A stretch of 64,000 bases of DNA from Lama glama (taxonomy: Eukaryota). Below are positions 14,001 through 30,745 of this stretch, piece by piece. Each line of letters opens with the position of its first letter. Position 1 is the first letter of the stretch. Location of the stretch: positions 14,758,001 to 14,822,000 of the forward strand of contig CM052816.1 of assembly GCA_028534125.1 (NCBI GenBank), given 5' to 3'. The notes beneath the pieces were generated by a model. The model did no database searches. It was not told the origin of the DNA and saw only the letters and a program-made list of their open reading frames with translations. Both the position numbers and the translations under genes were made by a program.

Positions 14001-15827
14001 TTGTTTTTCATTTGAAGGTAATATGGTCCACCTCCTACTACTTCAAGAATTTTTTTTTACTCCAGTTTTTAGCAGTTTGACTGTTAGGATGTGCCATGGT
14101 GTGGTTTTCTCTGTGTTTATACTTGGGGTTCTCTGAGCTTCTGATTCTGTGTATTGACATCTTTTATCGCTTTGAGAAAGTTCACAGCTATTTTCTCTTC
14201 AAATATGGCTTCTGCCCAGTTTCTGTTTTGTTTTAATTGTTGGCATTTTATTTTGCTTTCAAGTTCAGTGCCAGTGATAATCACATTTAGCGTTCCATTG
14301 TGTGTGTGTGTGTGTGTTAGGGGGCTTCTTTGTTTTGGTTCTGCTATTTTTAATATTTTACTTTCTGCGCCTACATGTCTAAGGCTTCTGTTTGAGACCA
14401 AAATCCTTGGGGTCCTCCCATGCTCCAAGTCACACTTAATAGTTAGTGTTTCTCTCCCCTCCCCCACCTCCAGCTTTATTGAAGTAGGATTTAATAGACC
14501 AAAAAATTGCACATAATTAATGTATACATTCTGATGAGTTTTGACATATGCATATACCTGTGATATCACCACAGTTAAGGTTATAAACATATCCATCAAC
14601 TCCAAAAGATTTCTTATATCCCCTTGTTTTCATTTTCATTTTTTGTGGTAAGAACAATTAACATGAGATCTATCCTCTTAACAAGGTTTTACACGCACAG
14701 CACCATGTTGTTGACTGATTCTGTCCAATTCTTTCCTCTCTTTCTGGGCCTCCAGTTACACTAATGTGGGATCTTTTCACATGTCCCTTACACTCTTTTT
14801 GTTACTTTTCATCGTTTATCTCTCTGCTTTAGTTTGTATCTTTTTTATTGACCTTTTATCTTCCAATTCACTCACTCCTGTTTCTTCAGTTAAACCCATC
14901 TGTTGAGCCATTAATTTCAGTTAAAATAATTTTTAGTTCTAGAATATTCATTGATTTCTAAAAAATAAATTATAATCCTGTAGTAAACTGCTCCATCTTA
15001 ATTTTTATTTTTTCCCTCCACATTCTTGAACGTGTTAACTATCATTACTTTAAAGTCCTTATTGGCTAGCTCCAATGTCTAGATTATGCATAAATCTGTT
15101 TCTGTTGTGTTTTCCTCTCTAGACAGATAAGAGTGAGGGTTTATCACCTTAATCCGAAGAGTGAGCCAGGCTGAGGCTTAGTTGTGGTTTTGGAAAGGCT
15201 TGATCTGTGTCTGGTTCTCCCTGTGCCTGGAGTATAGGCTTTCTAGGGCTTCTGACTGTAAGCCTGTTGGGCTCACCTTTACTCTGAGGATGCAGCCTTT
15301 TGTGTTCCCAGCTAATGAGGGTACAGTCTTGTATGAAACTCCCCACGTTAAGCAGAAGCTGGATATTGACACCTGTGCACCTTTGCTGCACAAAGCCATC
15401 AAAGCTCCAGTGTTTTGCTTAATTCTCTGGAGCATTTCATCACCATCTTGTGAGCTCTTTCTGTGCTTCAGGGTGATTTTTAAAATTCTGTACCAGCATT
15501 TTTAGATATTTTTTTTTAATGGGAGACTTGGCCCGATTACTGGCAATGGAAATTTTTGTTTCTCATCATATTTTATGTGATTATTTTCACTGCATTGGAA
15601 AACCAAAATTTTATGTACTCAGATCAGTCTGTCTTTTACATTATACCAGCTTGATTTTGTGCTATTCTTAGGAAAGTTTTCAGCTTTTCAAAATTATATT
15701 GTATTTCTGTTTTTAACATTTAGCGATTTAATGTGTCAGAATTTATTTTTGTGAATAGTGTAAAGTTAGGATTTAACTATTTTCCTTTAAAATGGGGAGC
15801 CAGTTGTTCGAATATTATTGATTAGGC

Positions 15828-16035
15828 AAGGAGTCAGCAAACTGTAGCCAACCCATTTTTGTTAATAATTTTGTTAAAAAAAATTGGAACATGGCCATGC
15901 CCAATTTGATTCCATATTGCCTATGACTTCTTTAGTGTTACATCAGCATTGTTGAGTGGTTGCAACAGAAACTATATGGCCCACAAAGCCTACAATACTT
16001 TCTGGTCATTTAAGAAAAAGTTTATCAACCCATGT
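15828..16035. mobile_element. MER58-like hAT DNA transposon relic
   Basis: ggagtcagcaaactgtagcc...tatggcccacaaagcctacaata...aaagtttatcaacccatg; related to the copy at 22972-23180. Confidence 0.6.
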
Positions 16036-17269
16036 GTTAGACCATACTTTTTTAATTGATCTGAATTTTTATGTTAGCATATACTAAGTATTTCCCAACA
16101 ATTTCTGGATTCTTTTCTATTTTCTTTATTGTTATTTATTACTAAGAACTTCTTATATTCTTTCATGGTCACTTGTAGCTTTTTACTAATGTATTTTATT
16201 GGCCTTGAAGATACAATTTGTTTAGTTAGGTTTAATGAGGTATAATTTGCATACAGTAAGATTTATACTTTTATGAACTTTGACGAATGTATACAGCCAT
16301 GTAATTTTCATAGTCAAGGTAGAGAACACTTTCATCGCTCTTAAAAAGTTTCTTCCTGCCCATTTGTCCATCTCTTCTCCTCACCATTAAGCCCTGGCAA
16401 CTGCTTATCTGTTTTCTGTCCTGTACAGTTTTTGTCTCTTCCAGAATGTCGTATAAATGGAATCATCGACTAAGTAGTCTTTGAAGCCTGGATTCTTAAA
16501 CTTAGTGTAATATATTTGAGATGTGTCCATGTTATTTGCATGTGTGGTCATTCCTCTTTATTGCTAAATAGGATTTCCTTCTGTCCATTCACTGGTTGAT
16601 GGCCATTTGGGTTGAATCCTGTTTTTGGCAATTATGAATAAAGACAGTAGGAACACTTGCATACAAGATATTATCTGGACATACCTGTTTTTATTTTGGG
16701 GAGGCAGGTATCTAGGAATGGGATTGTTGGGTCGTATGTTGAAATAAATGTGTGTTTGACTGTATGAGAAACTGCAAAGTGTTTTCACTTCGCTTTCCAG
16801 TGTGGCTGTACCTATTTTTGTTTGTTCCCACCATCACTGTGTGAGATGCAGGTGCTTTGCATCCACACGAGCACTATGTTATCTCCAGTTGTGTTTTTTA
16901 ATTTTAGTGATTCTAATGGATTTGGCATTATGGTTTTAATTCCTAGTTAATTTACTTCTTAGTACATATTCTTAATGACTTCATGATGTTGAACATCCTT
17001 CTCTGTGCTACTTACCATCTGTATATCTTCTCTGGTGAAGTGTCCAAATTTTTTGCCTGTTTTAAAAAATTGGATTGTTTGTTTTCTTATGGTTGGCTCA
17101 TGAGACTTTTTTGTATGTTCTGGATGCTTAGTGCTTTATCACATATGCTTTTGCAGGCATATTCTCCCAGTGTGTGACTTGTCTTTTTATTTCTTAACAG
17201 TGTCTTGCAAAGAACAAAAGTTTTTAATTTTGATTAAGTCCTCTTTTACCAGATTTTTCTTTTATGTTT

Positions 17270-17720
17270 TGTATTATTTTGTGGTTTTTGCTGTGTAACC
17301 AATTACCACAAGCTTAAGACAACATATGTAAGACAACATGAATTTATTATCTCACAGTTTCTGTGGGTCTGGAATCCAAGTTAGCTAGATCCTCTGCCCA
17401 GGGTCACGCCAAACTGAAATCAAGGTTCTGGCTAGGCCGCGCTGCTTTCTGCAGCTCAGTGTCCTCTTCCCAGCTCATGTGGTGTTTGGTTGAATCCAGT
17501 TTCTTATAATTGTAGGACATAGGTTGGTCATCAGCTAATGGCTGTTTTCAGCTCCTAGAGGCTGCCCACCACTTCCTGCCACATGGCCTTCTCCACAGCA
17601 TGGCAGTTCGCCTCTTCAAGAACAAGAGAGTATCTGCTGCGGTTTCAGATCTCTCTGACTTGTCTCATCTCTGAGCTCTGAAGCCTTGTTTCAGAGGGCT
17701 TACGAGAATAGGTCAGGGTG
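17270..17720. mobile_element. MaLR (MLT1-type) LTR fragment
   Basis: gtaaccaattaccacaa...atttattatctcacagtttctgtgggtc...ttgaatccagtttctt. Confidence 0.6.
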
Positions 17721-19944
17721 TGTGCACTAGGAGGGAAACGCCAAGAAAATCCTAGGAGGCTGACAGGATTCTTCCTACCACGTTGTACTTTTTTGTTTCT
17801 GAGAGATCTTTGCTCACTCCAAAGTTGTGAAGATTTTTCTGATTTCTTTAGAAGGTTAATAGTTTTAGACCTGTAGTCCATTGCATGTACAAATGCATTT
17901 ATTTATTTACTGTGGTAAGATACAATTCATGTACCATAAGGTTCACCCTTGAAATGTACACATCCATGATTTTTTGTATATTACAGAATGGTACAACCAC
18001 TTTACTAATTCTAGAACTTTTTCATTACACACAAAAGAAACCCTGAATCCATTAGCAGTCACTCCACTTCCTTTCCCCCCCGACTTGGCAACCACTAATC
18101 TAATTTCTGACTCTATGGATTTGCCTATCCTAGATGTTTTGTATCAGTGGAATCATGCAATATATACACTTTTGTGTCTGGCTTTTTCACTAATCGTGAT
18201 GTTTGCACAATTCACCCATGTTGTAGCAGGTACCAGTGCTTCAGTTCCTTTTTATAGCTGAATAATACCCCATTGTATACATAGACCACATTTATTTTTC
18301 CTTTCATCAGTTGATGGACATTGGGGTTTTCTACTTTTTGACTATTATAAATAATGCTGCTGTGAACTTTTTTTTAACTGACCTGTTTGAAATAAAGCCC
18401 TAATATCATGGCCCTTTACCCCTAAATTCTTCAGTGTGCCTCTTCCAAGTACAAGGACATTCTTTTCCAATACCACAGTGTAATTATCACATTTAAGAAC
18501 TTACTCATTGTTTTAATATTGTTATCTAATATACAATCTGTATTCAAATTTTGCTGATTTAATTAGTGATTTTAAACATTTTAAACACTTAAATTTTTTG
18601 TTGAGGTGAAATTCATTTAACATAAAATTAACCATTTAATGTGGATAATTTGTTGGCATTCATAAAATGAAGTAGAAAGTGTTTTCTCCTCTTCTATTGT
18701 GGAAGAGATTGGCATTAATTTTTCTTTAAATGCCTGGTGGGATTCCTTAGTGAAACCTTCTGGCCAGGAGATTTTCTGTTCAGAAACCTTTTAATTATGG
18801 ATTCAGTTTTTTAAATGATTTCAGTAGTACTCAAGTTATCTGTTTCATCTTGGTTGGGTTTTGGTAGTTTATGGTTTTTGAGGAATTGGTCCGTTTTTTG
18901 TAAGTTGTCCAGTTTGTGAGGACAAAGTTGTTTGTAGTGTTCCCTTAGTATCCTCTGACTGTCTGCAGGGCCTGCAGCAGTGTCCCTTTCCTTCCTGATC
19001 CCGCTGATACATGTCTTTTCTCTTTTTATCTCGGTCAGTCTCTAGAGCTTTATCTATTTTATTGATTTATTTTTAAAACCAGCTTTTTGTGTCTTTTTTT
19101 TTTCTGTTTTCATTGTTATTGATTTCTGTTCTTTATTTCCTGCCTTCTGCTTGCTTTGGGGTATTTTTCTTCTTTTTCTAGTTTCTTGAAGTAGGAAATT
19201 AGGTTACTGATTTGAGATCTTTCTTCTTTTCTAATGTAAACTTAGCAGTGTAATTTCCCTCTTGGCACCTGTGCCCCATAAATTTTGATATGTTGTATTT
19301 ACGGTTTAATTCATTTCTATGCATTTTTAAATTTTCTCTTGAGACTTCCTGTTTGACCCACACATTATTTAGAAGTGGTTCTTTAGTTTCCAAGTGTCTG
19401 GATATTTTCCTGTTATCTTTCTGTTGTTGATTTGTAGTTTGATTGCACTATCGTTAAAGAACATGCTCTATAATTTTAATCCTTTAAATTTGTTGAGGTT
19501 TATTTTATGGCCCAGGATATGGTCTTTCTTGATGGGTGTTCAGTGAGCACTTCAAAAAAAAAAAATTATTCTGCTGTTTTTGAGTGTAGTGTTTTCTCTG
19601 TCTCTCTCTCTCTATGTATATCAGTTAGACCCTGTTGATTGATCTTACTGTTCACTTTTTCTGTATCCTTGCTGATTTTCCATATAGAGTTTTACTCATT
19701 GCAGGGATAGGACATTAATGTCTTGAAGTATTATTGTGGCTTGGCTATTTCAGTTTTCTCATTTCATCTCTATCAGTTTTTGTTTCTTACATTCAAGGCT
19801 CTGTTGTTTGGTGAACACACATGTAGAATTGTTACGTCTTCCTGGTGGATTGATCCTTTAATCATTATGTAATGACTGTCTTTATCTCTAGCTATTTTCT
19901 TTGCTCTGAAGTCTACTTACTGGATAGTAATATAGCCACACTCC

Positions 19945-20172
19945 TTTTTTTTCTTTTTTTAATTGAAGTATAGTCAATTACAATGTGTCAGTCTCTGGTG
20001 TGCAGCACAATGTCCCAGTCATGCATATACATACATATATTCATTTTCATATTTTTTCCATTAAAGGTTATTACAAGATATTGAACATAGTTCCCTGTGC
20101 TATACAAAAGAGACTTTTTAAAAAATCTATTTTTATATATAGTGGCTAACATTTGTAAATCTAACTCCCAGG
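19945..20172 (-). mobile_element. Younger 5'-truncated L1 3' end (artiodactyl type)
   Basis: A T-run followed by aattgaagtatagtcaattacaatgtg...ggttattacaagatattgaacatagttccctgtgctatac, inserted into older L1. Confidence 0.7.
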
Positions 20173-21589
20173 TTTTTTTTTTAATTAATGTTTGCACAAC
20201 CTATCTTTTTTCAGCCTTTTACATTTAGCCTACCTGTGTCTTTGTATTTGAAGACAATTTCTTATTGACAGCATATTGTTGGGTCTTTTGTTAATCCACT
20301 CTGCCAGTTTTTTGTGCCCGTCTCAGCCTAGTGATGCTGTCCTAGGAATGCCTGGGGGCACTCACCAGGCTATTGTTGTGGCTGGACGGACCAGCCTTTG
20401 TGATTCTTACCATGATTGCAAGATGAACCTCAGCAACAAGCATCAGAGAACCTTGAAAAAACAACGTGCCTTGGCCTACACATCGAGGTCACGGGGAGAT
20501 AGGTGGGGGGGCCGTCGGTTAGCCCTGGGCCTTTATTGGGGTTGAGGGTGAGCTGCCTAGGGTTTCGTGGGTTCACTCCTTATTGGTGAATTTAAAACAC
20601 AAGAGCGGGAATGAAAGTGCACTAAGGGAAAAGCAGGGTCACTCAAATGACCTAGGTCATCCAGGGCTTTCTAAGAGGGGAACTTTACGGAGGGGTGGCC
20701 TGGCTCTTTAGTTGTGTGGCTGGCAATGTGTTTATTCAAGATTGATGTCTTTGAAATGGATGCCTCAGCAATCAAAAGCTTAACGTCAGGCGCTTACATT
20801 AAAATGAAAAAAGACTCAATTGTCAGGTACTTATCGCTACAGCCACTCTCTGTTAACTGGTGGATTTAGAGCATTTATATTAAAGGTAATTATTAATATG
20901 TTGGGCTTAGGTCTGCCATTGTGTTGTTTTCTGTATATTTCTTCCATTTCTCCTTTCTTAATTCCCTGTGATTTCTTTGAATATTTTAAAATTCCATTTT
21001 GATTTACTCACAATGCCTGAGTATATTGCTTTATACAGTTTGCTTAGGTGCTGCCCTGGGTGTTACCTTGTACACATATAACTTATCCCAGCCTAATGTT
21101 AACTGTGTTACCAGGTCAAGTGAAGTATAGAAACTTTATTTCCGTTTAGGTCCCTTTACCTTCCCCAGTGTTTAAATGTATTTCCTTTAAATGGGGCTGC
21201 CCTATTTTGGTAAAAGGGAGTCCGTATGCTTGTCTTTTATCGGTCATCCTTACTGAATTATGAGTTCTAGCAGTTCTTCATAACTTCTAATGGTTGTCTT
21301 ATATTCTTCATAGAGTTTATATCTTCCACAGAAATGACTTTTTCATCCCTTTCTTTCTTGTATGTATACCTTTTGTTTGTTTTTATCTTATTGCCAGGCA
21401 AAAAGTTGAGTCCATTTTTCCTGTTTTTCAGCATCAGCAGTGATTCTGTATCTTTTCATTTCGCCTGTGTAAAATAAGAGCTTTACCTTTCTCCTCTGCC
21501 TCTAAGCTTTTGTGATACAGTCTGAGTATTTTAAGTCTAAATTTTTATCCGACCACCCATGATTTTCGCTTTTTTATATGATCTGTCTT

Positions 21590-22025
21590 CAGGTCCTGTC
21601 TGACTGCAGCTCCGGCTCTCCCCCCTCACTCCACCTGCTCTGGCCATAGTGACCTTTTTCCTTTTCCTTCAGCACATCAGGCCTGCTTCTGTCCCAGGCC
21701 TTTGCACTTGTTGTTCCTCTGCCTGAAACACTTTGCTCTCTCACCTTCTGAAAGGTCACATTCTACGACCTTCCCTGACCACCCCTTTAAAGTTATAATC
21801 CATCCCCTCATCAGGTCTTCCCATCATCTTCCCTGCTTGATTTTCTTATAGCACTTCTGACCATCTAGTGTACTATTTCATCTATTCACTGGCTTATGGT
21901 CTGTTTCTCTTTATTAGAATATAAATTCCATGGAGGTAAGAGTTTTTCTGTATTTTGTTTACTGTTCTATTCCTGGTGCTCAGAACAGAGCCTGGCATAG
22001 ATAGGTACTCAATAAGTGTTAATTT
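21590..22025 (+). mobile_element. L2 LINE 3' end
   Basis: ggcctttgcacttgttgttcctctgcctg...gagcctggcatagataggtactcaataa. Further L2-like pieces near 24710-25970, 51650-51910, 55930-56250 and 56570-56890. Confidence 0.65.
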
Positions 22026-22971
22026 AAATAAGTAACCTTCATCTATGTAGCATTTTCTTTCTTCAAGTTGGAACTGTCAGGCCAAAGGATGCCTTTTTTT
22101 TAAAAATAGTTCTTTGTACTTTTTGCCGTGGAACTTTCTTTTTTATTTGCTTTCTTATTTATTTACACCAGGTAATACTTTGCATCTGGTTTAACATTCA
22201 AACAGGATAAAAGGGTTTGTGTTGAAAATTATTCCTCCCACTTCTCTACTCAGCCACACATTCCTCTCCTCAAAAGCAACTAGCTTTGTCCCCTTCCTGA
22301 CAGTCCTTACAGAGATACTCTCATAAGGCTGTCTAAAAGTTGACAAAATATTTTATAATTGCGTGTCCAGAACAGTACCTGTTTCCATCTACTGCTTAAT
22401 CCTTCTCAGCAGGCAGTGTCAACCATTTTTGAGTGAATGTCACTTTTATGCTAGCCACTAAGGGAGTGATAAAGTGAAATATTATTTTGCCCATACTCTT
22501 GAAGTTCAGAATCTAACTGGGGTGGGAAAGTGTCTACACTTGTAAAGTAAGACAGGATTTAAAAAGATCAAGACGATACGTATGAAATGTCTTGAACATT
22601 GAATAATCAATTGCTGAATGAAGTCTAAGTGACAGAAATGAAAATTAGTTCACCAAAGCAGAGAGTGAGTACGTTTATCAGGAAAAGTGTACCAATGTGC
22701 TACTTGAAGCCCTGCTAGGAATATATTTTAGCGCCAGGAGATTTGCAGAGAGGAGTAACAAAGCCTTATCTTGCGGAGGAGAGACTATACATGCTTATGG
22801 TAAAGGCAGTGAGAGGACTTGCTGTGAAGAAGTATCAAATGCAGGGATTCGGAGAGCGATCATAGGCATTTGGGGAAATCAAGAAAATGTTTATAGGGAA
22901 CTCATCACGATGGAGCTTGAAAGATAAATAATAAAAAGCACAAAAGGATAACACAGTGGAAGACTCTAGTA

Positions 22972-23180
22972 CAGGCGTTGGCAAACTGCAGCCCTCAGCT
23001 AACCACCTATTTTTGTGAATAAAATTTTAGTGGAACATAGCCATACCCACTCACTCATGCACTGTCTATGACCGCTTTCAGACTGTAGTGGCAGAGCTGA
23101 GCAGTTGAAACAGACCACATGTTCTGCAAAGCCTAAAATATTTATTGTCTGGTCCTTTACAGAACGTGTGTTGCTCCTTC
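22972..23180. mobile_element. MER58-like hAT DNA transposon relic
   Basis: caggcgttggcaaactgcagccc...aataaaattttagtggaacatagccat...gcctaaaatatttattgtctggtcctttacagaa. Confidence 0.65.
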
Positions 23181-23405
23181 CAAGTAGATAGTCTATAGAT
23201 GGGAAAGCATTACTGATAACTATCAAAGAAATGAAAATGATATATTATAGCTGGAGGAGGGAGTCAATAATAGAAGGGTGGGTGGTTAAAGAGGCGGTTA
23301 GCCTTAAAGGAATTTAATAGGGAGACCATTATTAATAAAGAAGTGAAGGGCCTCTGTAGGCTGGGACAGTAGTTCAGTTAGGTGCAGATGTGGCTTTGCC
23401 CTTAA

Positions 23406-23540
<135 letters not shown>

Positions 23541-26384
23541 TAACTCGGTGATACCAGTGATCTGAAATATGAAGGACTTCTTCTAAGAGCTTAATTCTAG
23601 TGGATCCAGGGTCCTCGACATGAAACTTTTATTTGTTGAGTTCCTCCCATAGGCCTGGCTTTGCATAGTGAATTTCTGATATCTTGTCCAGTCCCTTAAA
23701 TAGCACTGCAGGATTGTTAGTATCTAGTTTTATGGCAAGGAGATAAAGGCTGGGGCTTTCTGGAATTTGCCTAGTCATGTAGCGGGTAAGACAGGTCTGG
23801 GAGTTGAACCTCAGATTTTCTTATTTCAGAGCCCTTACTATTTCCATTGCATCCGCAGAAAATGTAACACAATTATAGCCACTGCACATTTCCTTCTTTC
23901 TCACTTTCTTTTAAGTATTTCCTTTAAATGCAGGCACTGGCTTGACTTCAGTTAAATCTAAAGTAATTTTGTGGTTTAGTATAAATAATGTAAATCCTGT
24001 ACTTCTCAGAGTAGGATCAGTAACTTCAAAGAGTTCCGTTCGGAACTTGCTGCCTATACTGATAACTGGCGGTAAATCTTGGATCAGAAACTCCTCTGCA
24101 GAGCTGATATAGGTAGTATTTAATGATCAGGATGAATGTTCATTTTTTTGTTCAACTGTTGCTCTCCCTACTTTATGCTGATTTAAATAGTTGTTCACCA
24201 AACTTTTGAGCATCTGCCAGGTTTCAGGCTCTATTAGGCACATACTCGACACGTGTTCAGAGATGAAAGGGTATATATTCTATAAAACCCACTCACAATT
24301 CAGTGACATGGCTGTTGTCCCCATTTTTCCAAATGAAAAAACTAAAGTTCAGATGTTTTGACTTGGCCAAGGTCACACAAGTAATGAGCACACATACCCA
24401 CAGGTAAAGTCAGTCATACAATAAGAGCAGTAAGCCTTTACATTATTCTTGACTGTACAATCTTAGATCATTGACAACAAATAGTACTAAATAGTGCGTG
24501 TAGGTAAGTCCGTTTATGGAAACTAAAGTGATGTGAGACAGTTCCACTTCGCAGGATCTTCTCCAGGTACCTAAAAATGAGCAGTTGTTATGTTAGAAAA
24601 TGCTACAAGACTGAGGGATAGTATATTGGTTATTTATAGTTGAGTGATATCAGTATGGGAAACAGAATTCAGGAAAGGAATTGAGACTAGGATGGTCTAG
24701 GAGATGTAATTTAGTGATTGAGAAATTATTAAGTGCCCCTTCTGTGGTGGGGCCACAAAGCTGACTAAGGCATAGTCAGTATCCTCACGAACCATGTCTG
24801 GTGGAGACAGAAAAGTGCGAAGTGGTAAATAGTACAGACTGACAAGTGCTGCGATGGGGGTGTGCTAGGATGCTCATGAGAGCGCTAGGAAAGGGGCATC
24901 TAAATCAAGTGGGGAGGGTATCAGAGGGAGTGCATCCTAGAGGTCATTCTAAAGGAAGTACTGCCTCAACTGAGTTGAACAAACTGTTGACAAGGAATTA
25001 AGTGAAGGATGAGGGCTTGCTTGCTTCCAGCAGAGGGATCAGCACGGATGAAGGCACAAGGCCATGAGGTAAGATTGTGCGGTTCAGGAACTGCAAGTGG
25101 TTGCGTACAGCTGAGTAAAGGCCATGTGCAGGGCAGGGGTGGTTGAAGAAACTTCCAAGAAATAGAGGCTAGATCATAAAGAACTCAGGTAGGCTTAGGC
25201 TAGGAAATATATATTTCATCCTGAAAGCTGTGGAAGTTATTGAAGGGATTTTAATCAGGCAAGTGAGTGAGAAAAGCCTGTAATTTGGAGACTTTGGCAG
25301 TGATTTTGAGGCTGGATTGCTCAGGTAAGGGAAGACTGTAGTCAGAAAGATGTGTTACATTTTTGCTTTAAACAAGTGATCAGGGCCTGAAACTAAAATT
25401 GTAAGAATGAATAGGAAGATAGAAGATATTTAGAAGATGGACTTAATGTAACTTAGTGATTGACTGAGGGGATAAAGGAGATGTTGTCTATAGAGAGTGG
25501 TACCATTTATTGAAATAGGAAAATCCAGCAGGAACAGATTCTCTCTGTCTTCTGTGAGAGAAGTGGTGGGTGGTGGACATGAGAGAGAGGTGATTGGATG
25601 GAGGGCAGAAATGACTGCCTTAATTTTAGGATAGAATTTAAGGTTCTTGTGGAATTCCTCCAAAAGGATGGTGCATTAGGTATTTGGGTATAGAAATCAG
25701 GAGGAATGTCTGGCTGGAGATAAGAATTTAAGAGATACCATATGAGTCTGAGCTGAAGCCATGAATTTGCTTTGAAGGCTATTAATCTTTAGTGGGCAGG
25801 TAATAAAAAGGGGAGACCTCAAAGGAAGCTGGAGAGCAGCAGCAAGAAAAGTAGTCTGACATAGCCCTACGAAGTGGGAGCAGTAAGGTAAAATCAGGAC
25901 AGGACAAGTATCTTTCGGATCTGGTGTTAGGAAAGTCGGTGGCCTTGGCAAGAATAATTTCAGTATAGCATTGGGGTTAAGAACAGAGGCTCTAGAATCC
26001 ATTTGTATTTAAATCCTGGCTCCAGACATTACTAACAGTGCGGCCTTGGATGGGTAGCTTAACTGCTTTTAAAGAATGTTAGTTTGTTTCTGTCAAATGT
26101 GGCTGATAATAGAAACTTACATGGATATTATAAACAGGGTTAAATGAGATCAGGTATGTAGATGGGTTTAAGATACTGAGTCTTACATGGAGTGCTAGGT
26201 CTTACTCAACAAATGATTGTGATGTTTTCACTGACTTTGTGGGGACAGAAGAATTAACGAGAACTGTGGAAGTGAGAATAGACAATTACATTTTATTTTT
26301 AGAATGTTATAAAGTGAAAGAAAGAAGGAAATTGGGTCAAGGAGGGTTTTTTTTAAGGACAGGAAGAAGTTGATTGTATATATA

Positions 26385-26500
26385 CTTACCCTTGGTACCT
26401 TTGGGGGATTGGTTCCAAGACCTCTGTGGACACCCGAATCTACCGGTGCATGAGTCCCTTATGTACAATGGTGTAGACAGTCGGCCCTCTGTATCCATGG
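26385..26500. mobile_element. MER2/Tigger-like DNA transposon fragment
   Basis: gggggattggttccaagacctctgtggacacccgaatct...gagtcccttatgtacaatggtgtag. Confidence 0.5.
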
Positions 26501-27564
26501 TGTGGAGCGCTGACTGGATATTGCTGGAGGAAGAGGACGCTAGGGCACCTGTTCTACTGAAACATGGAAAAGAAATGTTACGTGGACACAGCTCTGATAA
26601 GCTTACAGAAGTGCTGGCACAAGTTTTCCTCTAAATAATTCCAGTGTAGTCTAGACTCAAGCCTTTTCTGGTCTGGGGCCAACTGAGAGCCCTCAGTGCT
26701 CAGTTTATAAGTGGCATAAGAGAGAGCTTAGCAAGTAACTTGACCAGTGGCTTCAGTTTTCCTTAATTAAAACAGATGGGGAAGGGGTGGGACCATTGAG
26801 AGAAAGGGGGATTTTATGTGGTGGGGCTGCCAGGAGAGCGTGGCCCAGGGACACACAGAAGGATTACTAGGCAGCACTGAGCCTCCCCCCCCGCCTCCCC
26901 CACACAATCCCTGGTGCCACTACAGATTCATAGAATGTGACCTGCAGGGTTTTCACTAGCACTGTTCACCAGCCTGGGTGTGAGAGGAGAAGTGGGATGG
27001 CTGGATTAACCAGGGACTGGAAGGTGAAGGAAACAAGAGAGTAGGGACAGTAGTAATAATAGAGAGGGAGTGAAATGGAGAAGGCAGAGTAGAACGGAGA
27101 CATTTAGAGAAAACGGACTTGTCATCTCTCTCGCACGAGGGTTGAAGAGTCAGTGTAGAGAGTAATGAGGGAGCTGGAAGGACGGGAAGTGCTGGGCAGG
27201 GAATGGGATCTGGTAGTTAGGATCAGAGCATTTCAGGACAGGGGCAGCTCTGAGGATGGAGTCATGAGAGTGAGGAACTGAAATAGAGCTGGCTAAACGT
27301 CTTTGATGTATATAGATAGATCAAAGACTTCCTGTCAGCAGAGGCAAGGAGTCACGGTGTTTGCAGAATGTGATGCGTGGAACTGTGGCTGGTGTGTGAC
27401 ATCAATGTGGGGATTGATGGGAGAGAAAGCTGGGGGGTGGGAACCTTAAAACACTGGGCTCAGGAACGTGCATCCTAACTATATAGGCAGTGCAGAGCTA
27501 GTGGAGGCTTCTGACTCTCTTTCAAAGATCACTCCTAGGAAAATTGTCCAGCGTAGGTTTGTAG

Positions 27565-27768
<204 letters not shown>

Positions 27769-27825
27769 TAGCTTTGTCTCCTCTGTGCTTACACGATAAG
27801 GATGCTTTAAGCATTGTTGGCTTAA

Positions 27826-28604
<779 letters not shown>

Positions 28605-28674
28605 TAGAGCGGGACCACAGAAGGGAAGGCTGTGGCCTCTGGGAGCCCAGCATGGGAAACCGCTGTCGGCCTGA

Positions 28675-29130
<456 letters not shown>

Positions 29131-29422
29131 TAGTTTGTCAATGGTTTTTCTCATTCAGAAAGCATAGGAAGGATTAACAAAAACCAGACCTCACCGTCCT
29201 GGAACGAGGCAAAGAAAAAGCAGCATTCAGTACAAATGGGAACAGATTTCTGCCCTGCCTCTATATTTCTGTGTATGTCTCCTTCCTCCCAAACCCTGTT
29301 CTCAGAAATCAGTAAGACCAAGATCCCAGGGGATTTCAGATTCTTATTAAAATAAATGAAGCCTCTCTTCTCATCTTAGAGCCGTACAGCTTGTGGAGGC
29401 TGGAGGTTTAAACATCAGGTGA

Positions 29423-30745
<1,323 letters not shown>

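Larger units (their letters stand above)
6430..21400 (-). mobile_element. Block of old, fragmented, mostly antisense L1 LINE pieces with nested insertions
   Basis: T-rich plus strand with typical antisense L1 ORF2 and 3' UTR phrases (e.g. ttaaggaagttctcttctattcctactttgctaagagtg; ataaatggaatcat; gttgatggacattg). No intact ORF. Boundaries approximate. Confidence 0.75.

Noticed and set aside
14117..14605. 162-aa minus-strand ORF with an L1-like tail
   Set aside because: A chimeric read through degraded L1 fragments and a TG microsatellite.
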